Positions 57,655 to 64,000 of a stretch of DNA of 64,000 nt are shown piece by piece; the stretch's first letter is position 1; every line of letters begins with the position of its first letter. The DNA comes from an uncultured Gammaproteobacteria bacterium (GTDB lineage: Bacteria > Cyanobacteriota > Vampirovibrionia > LMEP-6097): assembly GCA_964551925.1 (NCBI GenBank), contig CAZKFA010000001.1, forward strand, positions 16,281 through 80,280. The letters run 5' to 3'. The notes under the pieces were generated by a model. It worked only from the letters and a program-made list of their open reading frames with translations, did not search any database and was not told where the DNA came from. Both the position numbers and the translations under genes were made by a program.

Positions 57655-60600
57655 ATGCAAATAACTCAACACAGAATGGTACGGGAAGCTGCTGATGGAA
57701 ATGGAGCAGAGAAAGATCTTGGAACGATCCATGTTTCAGATCAAGTAATTGGTGATAGCTTGATGCAAGCACTCTCTCCTTTTAATAAAGATTTTTTTTC
57801 TGGAGCTCTTAATCCTGCTAACGCCTATTGGTCTGGAGGCGCTGTTGATAAAGGTGATTATGTGTACAAGCTTGATTTAACTGAGGCTGATAAGAAGAGT
57901 GGTGGTAAATTCGGAATAGTATTTCAAGATCAGTTTGCTCATAATCAATCTATTGCATTTGTGTTTTCTATTGTTGACGGCAAGTTAATTATTTCAAAAA
58001 GTAAATTAGTTGATGATGCTAGTGGTCCTGACTTTGGTGGGGCTAAGGACTCATATCAAGATACTTATGTTGCAATATCTCATGCTCTTCATGGTAGTGA
58101 TAGCGAGAAAACAAAATATACTTTGAATTTTGAAGATGGAATTGATGCAGAAGAAGAGAAAATAATTAAATATATTACGGCTTATGCAAATCTGGATGTT
58201 AAAGCTAATCCACATCTTAAAAATATAATATTAGAATCTAGAGCTTTGATTAAAGACCACTTGGATACTGCGATGCTGAAGGTTAAACAAGATCCAAGCA
58301 AAATCTCTGAGTACATTGATTTGGTCAAATCTTATAAAAATTCTGGTTTATCTAAATTAAGTGAACAAACAGTTCGACAAAATGGACAGTCTAGTAATTA
58401 TAATACTCACTTAAATTTAGTTGATAATATTTTATCTACAGAACCAACGCAATTCGGTGCATTAGTAAGATTTCATCCGTATAGTTTAGATAGAGTTAAG
58501 ACTGTTGATGATCTTGTAGTCAGAGAGCTTTTGATAAGAGCTTTAAGAACAGGTAATTTGTCAAGTGGAAATTTGGACGGATTGGATACTGCCTTGAAGA
58601 CTGTGGTTGATAAGTATTTAGATATTGCTGCTGCAGGTATGAACGTAGCTGATAGAGCTACTAAGCAAGCTGAGCTTCTTAAACAAGTGAAAGATTATAT
58701 AGAGCCATATAAGAATAAGACTGCTAGTGATTTTACGGAACTTATAAATAATCCTGATAGTTTTAATAGGTTCTTCGCGTTTTTGCAAGTCTCGCAAAAC
58801 GACAAGATAGAAGCCAATCTTAAGCTTCTAACACAAGAGCTTACTGAGCTATTAAGAAAAGAAACAAATTTAACAAAAAAAGATCAGCTTGTTGATAAGT
58901 ACAAGAAACTTCTTGTTCAATATGGAGCCTTTTTTGCTGGATCAGGAACTGCTGATATTGATAAATTGGCAATTGATTCAACTAAGTTAAGCGACTCATC
59001 AAAACACCAACAAATATTCAATGGCTTTATGACTCTCATTAGAACAAAGCAAGAGGCGCGTATTGAGCATAAGGTTAATTCCGATAACTATAAGAATATT
59101 GGAGCTAACATAAGTTCAATGTTAGGACACACTCTAGTTGCTGGAGATGAGCTGAGCTTTGAATATGATGCTGCCACTAAAACATTCTACGTAGCTGCTA
59201 AGCATGCTGTAGCATCAGGCAGTACGAAAGCTTCTGACAAACTTAAATACACTATGCTTGCTGTGAAAGTTAATGATGATGGTACTTTGACTGCAGTGAG
59301 GTCTGAAGAGGGTGTTACTAGGTCTTATAGCGATCTCAAAAAAGAATTAATTACTAAGTTAGCTGATCCGAATGCTAAGAAAAGTAATGTTAGTCACACA
59401 GACTTCGTTAAACTATATACAACTATTGATCATACAGAGGTAAATGAATTAATAACTAGCCTTGTTGATAAAATTACCGTAGCTAATGTTAGTGATTCAA
59501 AAATTACTGCTTTGATATCAGCTTTAAGCTCTGCTAAAGACCAAGAGAAGGTTAAGATCCTTATGCAGAGTAAGTTTGATGCTTTAATCAAGGATTGTAT
59601 TTTATCTAATCCGCCAACTAATGACCAGAAAACTAAACTTACTAATATTTGGAATAAGTTTAAGGCATTTTATCCAGCTACAGCTCCGGAAACTTTGAAG
59701 AAAGTATTTAAGGATTTGATTGATACTGTGCATGCTGATGTTGTTGCTGTTGTTGCTGTTGGCACGGTTGCCCCTGTTGATAATTCTGCAAAGAGAGCTC
59801 TGTTAACGACAATGTTAGACACAAAATTTGCCAAAGTTGCTGATGTGAATATTTCTACAATTATAAATGCGATTATGGCTGGTGAAGCCACAACTAACCC
59901 AACTACTCCAAGTCCTAGCCCGAGCGTGGCACCTACTGTAGATCTAACTACTTTAACTGCTTCCACCCCAACAAATATTATTGCCAATATGAATACCGCT
60001 CTAGAAGGGATTTACAATCAAGGTGTCGCCAATCAGCCAGAGCGTTTGAGATATCTAGCTAGAGAGTTGGCGTTTGATACTTTAGATGCGCATGAAAGAA
60101 CCGAGTTAGCTAATATATTGAGATTCCATGCTAAGGATGATGAGAAGCGTAATATAGCGGGGTTAGTAGATGAATATTTAACTGCTTTAGATAAAGTAGA
60201 TACTAATGAAACTAGGTTAGGAGTATCGTTTGAGAAGGCTAATGACAAAGTTTCTTTTGCTGCTGATGTAACTAAGGAGATAGAATTATTTAATACATTA
60301 CTTAGTAAACTTTCTGATTCTACTTGTGATGATCCACTTTCTAGTTATTTTAATTTCAATGCGCAAGAATTGCGTCAATTGACAACTAAAGCTGCTCCTT
60401 TGCCGCGGTCAGTAATTACTAAGCTTGATACAATCAAGTCAGAAACTGGCATTGATATACGCCAAGCATTTAAAGATTCCAAAATTGATATCAATTCTGG
60501 TGAGGGCAAAGCTCTACTACAAAGATTATTTGAGGCTGCTAATAAGACTATTAGGAGGGAAGCAGCACCAGAGATCCAAGTGGCGGCAGGTGAAACTCTT

Positions 60601-61758
60601 GGTGGTCCACAACTTGCTTTAGAACTACTTTATATGACTAAATACAACCCATTAGTCAGAGCACAAGCTGTAAACACCAGAAAGTTTCTTGATTTCTTTA
60701 ATAACCCGGATGCTATTAATGGACCGCAATTTGCAAGTGCTATTGACGCCGAGAGACAAATACACTTAGCTCAAGTATTGATGATGTACCAATCGCCAAT
60801 TGAAGAACATATGACTAAACCCACTCTGGATGCTGCAAGGACAATCTATGAGCAGATTCCAGGCGAGGTGTTTAATTACAAACAGACTCCACAATTCTTT
60901 ATGCATGAGAATGGACAACCAGTTCTTAAGAAGATATATAAGCTTGGAGATAAGGCTAATCTGGTGATGCCATTAGCGGCTAATATACGAGTCTCTGGTA
61001 AAGAAGCTGATAAGAATTTCTCAGTTGAAGGAGATAACTTAGCTCTCAAGGCTATTCTTGAAGCCACTGGTGTGATTCCAGTTGGTGATGAAGAAAAATT
61101 CAGTAATTTTATTCAAGGATTTGCAACTAAGAACGCTGAAGGAGAATATAGCTTTGATAGGCCGGCTCAAGAACGTTTGGCAACTGAGCTTGCTAGAATA
61201 TTACCTTCTTTCGTTGAGACTTATAATCGCTTCAGTAGTAAAGAACCAGCTAATGATAATGAAAGAACTCAATTCGCTAAAGCAAAGACTGTTATAGACA
61301 AGCTTCTAGAGGTACAAGGGTCTTCTACTATATTGAGCGTTGAGACTGGCTATATCAAGATTAGTTTTGATGAATTCTTAGATAGTTTTACAAACTTTGT
61401 AACTAATATGAAGGCTTATAGAGATGTTAATGAGGCTGATATTCCAGATCCATCAATATGGTCTCAAGGTTTGCCAGGAGGCTACAATACTTCTGGAACT
61501 CCAATACCATTCAATGACATCTATGCGGCTTGGAGAGATAATAATAGAAACTTTAGTTTTAATAAATATATTTCCATGCAACAAGTTGCAACTGATCTAC
61601 CTATGAATAATCCTTGGTATCGCTACGCCACAGCTACTCCCGAGGAACAAGGTCAAATGAATCAAGATATTAATGCTCATCTTCGAGCTCAGACTGGTTA
61701 CTCAACATGGCGCCAGGCTAATACTCAGCCAGTGGCAAATAGATCTTTTCACGTTTAA
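57655..61758 (+). CDS. Very large orphan protein (1367 aa)
   Basis: Long ORF with a P/T linker (TTNPTTPSPSPSVAPT); no signal peptide or motif recognised. Confidence 0.8.
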   Translation: MQITQHRMVREAADGNGAEKDLGTIHVSDQVIGDSLMQALSPFNKDFFSGALNPANAYWSGGAVDKGDYVYKLDLTEADKKSGGKFGIVFQDQFAHNQSIAFVFSIVDGKLIISKSKLVDDASGPDFGGAKDSYQDTYVAISHALHGSDSEKTKYTLNFEDGIDAEEEKIIKYITAYANLDVKANPHLKNIILESRALIKDHLDTAMLKVKQDPSKISEYIDLVKSYKNSGLSKLSEQTVRQNGQSSNYNTHLNLVDNILSTEPTQFGALVRFHPYSLDRVKTVDDLVVRELLIRALRTGNLSSGNLDGLDTALKTVVDKYLDIAAAGMNVADRATKQAELLKQVKDYIEPYKNKTASDFTELINNPDSFNRFFAFLQVSQNDKIEANLKLLTQELTELLRKETNLTKKDQLVDKYKKLLVQYGAFFAGSGTADIDKLAIDSTKLSDSSKHQQIFNGFMTLIRTKQEARIEHKVNSDNYKNIGANISSMLGHTLVAGDELSFEYDAATKTFYVAAKHAVASGSTKASDKLKYTMLAVKVNDDGTLTAVRSEEGVTRSYSDLKKELITKLADPNAKKSNVSHTDFVKLYTTIDHTEVNELITSLVDKITVANVSDSKITALISALSSAKDQEKVKILMQSKFDALIKDCILSNPPTNDQKTKLTNIWNKFKAFYPATAPETLKKVFKDLIDTVHADVVAVVAVGTVAPVDNSAKRALLTTMLDTKFAKVADVNISTIINAIMAGEATTNPTTPSPSPSVAPTVDLTTLTASTPTNIIANMNTALEGIYNQGVANQPERLRYLARELAFDTLDAHERTELANILRFHAKDDEKRNIAGLVDEYLTALDKVDTNETRLGVSFEKANDKVSFAADVTKEIELFNTLLSKLSDSTCDDPLSSYFNFNAQELRQLTTKAAPLPRSVITKLDTIKSETGIDIRQAFKDSKIDINSGEGKALLQRLFEAANKTIRREAAPEIQVAAGETLGGPQLALELLYMTKYNPLVRAQAVNTRKFLDFFNNPDAINGPQFASAIDAERQIHLAQVLMMYQSPIEEHMTKPTLDAARTIYEQIPGEVFNYKQTPQFFMHENGQPVLKKIYKLGDKANLVMPLAANIRVSGKEADKNFSVEGDNLALKAILEATGVIPVGDEEKFSNFIQGFATKNAEGEYSFDRPAQERLATELARILPSFVETYNRFSSKEPANDNERTQFAKAKTVIDKLLEVQGSSTILSVETGYIKISFDEFLDSFTNFVTNMKAYRDVNEADIPDPSIWSQGLPGGYNTSGTPIPFNDIYAAWRDNNRNFSFNKYISMQQVATDLPMNNPWYRYATATPEEQGQMNQDINAHLRAQTGYSTWRQANTQPVANRSFHV

Positions 61759-61806
61759 TCTTTATTGTTATTCGCCTACTTTAACGTGGAATAATATAAC
61801 TAATAT

Positions 61807-62580
61807 ATGAAAATACTTGTCGCGAATGATGATGGAATTTGGGCAGAGGGTATTAGAGCTTTGGCTTCAACTCTTGCCATGGATCATGAGGTCTATGTCT
61901 GTGCACCAGACCGAGAACGCTCTGCTACAGGACATTCTATGAGTTTGCATAAGCCATTGATGGTCAGTCCAGCTAAGACTAGTGATATGGTGGATCGAGT
62001 GAAGTCAGCATACTTAACTTCAGGTACTCCAGCTGATTGCTCAAAAATTGCTCTAGGAGCGCTTTTTAAGGATATTAAGTTTGATTTAATGGTCTCTGGT
62101 ATTAATCACGGCCCAAATCTGGGAATAGATGTCCTCTATTCTGGTACTGTATCAGCGGCGATGGAAGCTATGTTGCTTGGTGTGCCCTCGTTAGCCTGTT
62201 CACTTTATAGCTATACCTCTAAAGAGTTTGAAGAGTCAGCATTATGGATCAAACAACTAATCGAGTCAAATGATCTGCCTAAGCTAATTCCACCAAAAAC
62301 TTTTTTGAATATTAATCTGCCACCAGGAGCGCGCTCTAAATATCGTGGTGCTCAGATAACTAAACTTGGTCATCGTGCTTACGAGGAGAACTATGAAGAA
62401 CGTCAAGATCCTCGTGGTAATAAATATTTCTGGCTAGCTGGTAAGCCAATAGAAGGACTAGAGGTTGAAGGTACCGATGGTTGGGCGCTACTTAATAACA
62501 GGGTTTCAATTACGCCGGTTTGTTTTGACATGACACACTACGCTTTGCTTGAGACATTAGAAAGTAAGTTAGTGCTTTAG
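61807..62580 (+). CDS. surE: 5'/3'-nucleotidase SurE
   Basis: NDDG, GTPADC, SGINHGPNLG, YSGTVSAA, SITP. Confidence 0.96.
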   Translation: MKILVANDDGIWAEGIRALASTLAMDHEVYVCAPDRERSATGHSMSLHKPLMVSPAKTSDMVDRVKSAYLTSGTPADCSKIALGALFKDIKFDLMVSGINHGPNLGIDVLYSGTVSAAMEAMLLGVPSLACSLYSYTSKEFEESALWIKQLIESNDLPKLIPPKTFLNINLPPGARSKYRGAQITKLGHRAYEENYEERQDPRGNKYFWLAGKPIEGLEVEGTDGWALLNNRVSITPVCFDMTHYALLETLESKLVL

Positions 62581-62626
62581 AATTGTTGTCGCTCTGATCA
62601 TTGTGGTAGTCTTCCGGCAGCTCCGG

Positions 62627-62661
62627 TCCCTGTCTTTTATCGCTTCGCTCAAAAGCAGGGA
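62627..62661. repeat. GC-rich hairpin downstream of surE (REP-like or terminator)
   Basis: GTCCCTG(T)CTTTT ... AAAAGCAGGGAC with a GCTTCGC-containing loop. Confidence 0.5.
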
Positions 62662-62775
62662 CATGGCTCCGCTGCTCCTTGCTTACTAAGCTCATAGTCA
62701 AGATCTCTACCAGAATGATCAGAGCAACAATGATGGAGCTGCTCATAATGAAGGGTCTCAAGTTATAATATACTA

Positions 62776-63246
62776 ATGAGAAATCTGATTATTATACAGT
62801 GTATAGTATTTGCTTTAAGTTCTTGTGCTAAATCTTATCCACAGCAGTTGAGTTTTAGAGTGGAAGATCGCAATATCGCTGATGACAGTATTACAGAGTA
62901 TCGTTTTTTTGAGAATGGTTTAGTTAATAGAACACAGACCTACTCAGCCAAAGAATTGTTCTCTAGTAAGTTTATTGAACTTGATAAAGAACAAACTGAG
63001 CAAGTGAAAGCAATTCTAGTTGCTCTGCAGAAATTAGACTATATAAATGACTTCCCTTGGAAAGAAGATTATTATAAGCGTGGCAATGTGATGAAGATTG
63101 AGTTTCCTGATGAAGTTGAGCTGAAATTTTTTGCTAATAAACCTAGTAAAACAATTAATATACCGCAAACATTTTATTTCTATACTGGACACGAGAAGCA
63201 GCCGCAGGTTTTTGTGGAATTGCAACAATTGATAAATCATTTATAA
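62776..63246 (+). CDS. Hypothetical lipoprotein
   Basis: LSSC lipobox after a hydrophobic stretch; TATAAT 6 nt before the ATG. Confidence 0.7.
   Translation: MRNLIIIQCIVFALSSCAKSYPQQLSFRVEDRNIADDSITEYRFFENGLVNRTQTYSAKELFSSKFIELDKEQTEQVKAILVALQKLDYINDFPWKEDYYKRGNVMKIEFPDEVELKFFANKPSKTINIPQTFYFYTGHEKQPQVFVELQQLINHL
62789..62809. repeat. TATACRSYGTATA palindrome, copy 9 (in a lipoprotein signal sequence)
   Basis: TTATTATACA-G-TGTATAGTAT. Confidence 0.85.
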
Positions 63247-63276
63247 TATGCTGTCATTGATTGATGACGGATGATC

Positions 63277-64000
63277 CTACTGCCAAATAGTACGTTCTTC
63301 GTCAGTGAAAATTCCCATTGGTTGTACTTCTGGATTGAGTTTGATGCCTTTTTGCTTGAGAGCTTCTTGCTGTACGTGAGCCATCAATTCACAGAAATCT
63401 TGCGAAGTACCACCATTTGTGTTCTCAAAGAAATTACCATGAGTTGGTGACACTACAAAAGCACCATGACGATAGGACTTGAGCCCAAGGTCTTGAATTA
63501 ATTTACCAGCACCATAATCTTTTTTGGGATTTTTGAAAGTACAACCACAAGTAAAAGATTTGATTGGTTGACTAGAAGTTCTTGCTTGATTATTTGCAAG
63601 AACTCTTTTGCGGATTTCTTCTTTGTCATCTGGACTGAGCTTAAAAATACCAGAGATAATCATGTACTGCTGTGGGTTAATTGCTGAGTGCCTGTAAGTG
63701 AGTTGTAGGTCCTGACCGGGCTTGAAAGCTTCTGAACCAGTGAAGCTAACAGCCGCACCGTTAGTCCAAAGTTCTACTTCAAGAGTTTCCAAATTGAGAA
63801 CCTTTGCTGCAATAAGGATTTGAGATATCTCCCAACCGTGAGCTCCAGCATTCATCACGATACCGCCAGCAATTGAACCGGGTATACCTTCCATAAATTC
63901 AGTCCCAGAGAGCGATTCACGGGTCATCATGGCGCAGAACTTAGGCATGCGTAAGCCAGCACCAGCCTCATAAATATTATCTTCGAGTTTGACTAGCCAG
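63277..64000 (-). CDS. murB: UDP-N-acetylenolpyruvoylglucosamine reductase, 5'-truncated by the window edge
   Basis: GIPGSIAGGIVMNAGAHG, YRHS, QP....GCTFKNP, HGNF, EV. Confidence 0.92.
   Translation of the reverse strand, partial: WLVKLEDNIYEAGAGLRMPKFCAMMTRESLSGTEFMEGIPGSIAGGIVMNAGAHGWEISQILIAAKVLNLETLEVELWTNGAAVSFTGSEAFKPGQDLQLTYRHSAINPQQYMIISGIFKLSPDDKEEIRKRVLANNQARTSSQPIKSFTCGCTFKNPKKDYGAGKLIQDLGLKSYRHGAFVVSPTHGNFFENTNGGTSQDFCELMAHVQQEALKQKGIKLNPEVQPMGIFTDEERTIWQ

Noticed and set aside
46110-61758. Orphan cluster as a prophage or integrated element
   Set aside because: No integrase, structural gene, transposase or att-like repeat is seen, and housekeeping genes are interspersed.
62510-62761. 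83-aa minus-strand ORF
   Set aside because: It overlaps the surE 3' end and runs through a hairpin. It has a hydrophobic stretch and could be real, but support is insufficient.
139-63240. Many short antisense or alternate-frame ORFs in the track
   Set aside because: They are nested in well-supported genes and show no recognisable motifs.

Overview
Bacterial chromosomal window, AT-rich, mostly housekeeping genes (hemY, serA, coaBC, hisC, sucCD, secA, acs, hemN, folC, RNase E/G, rpsJ, pyrC, FtsH-like, ilvB, serS, argF, thyX, trmL, surE, murB). The look of SecA, SerA and RNase E/G, the radical SAM-DUF2344 gene next to RNase E/G, and the lack of photosynthesis genes suggest a non-photosynthetic cyanobacterial relative (Melainabacteria/Vampirovibrionia). 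That placement is an inference. I saw no rRNA, tRNA, CRISPR array, transposase or phage gene. Five things are not explained by the gene list. (1) A palindrome with 13-bp core TATACRSYGTATA (21-bp consensus TTAYTATACRSYGTATARTAA) occurs 9 times, in and between genes, and its core architecture resembles matS. (2) At 46-62 kb there are four large helical orphan proteins. Three tandem ones share an identical upstream motif, ATCAAAAA-N16-TTATATA, and two have small downstream partner ORFs. (3) Two paralogous bicistrons of small membrane proteins share an upstream motif and each lies divergent from a large orphan gene. (4) RPE/REP-like palindromic mini-elements occur between genes and as in-frame fragments inside HemN, CoaBC and a radical SAM enzyme. 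(5) Many genes have a -10 box only 6-8 nt before the start codon, which suggests widespread leaderless transcription.
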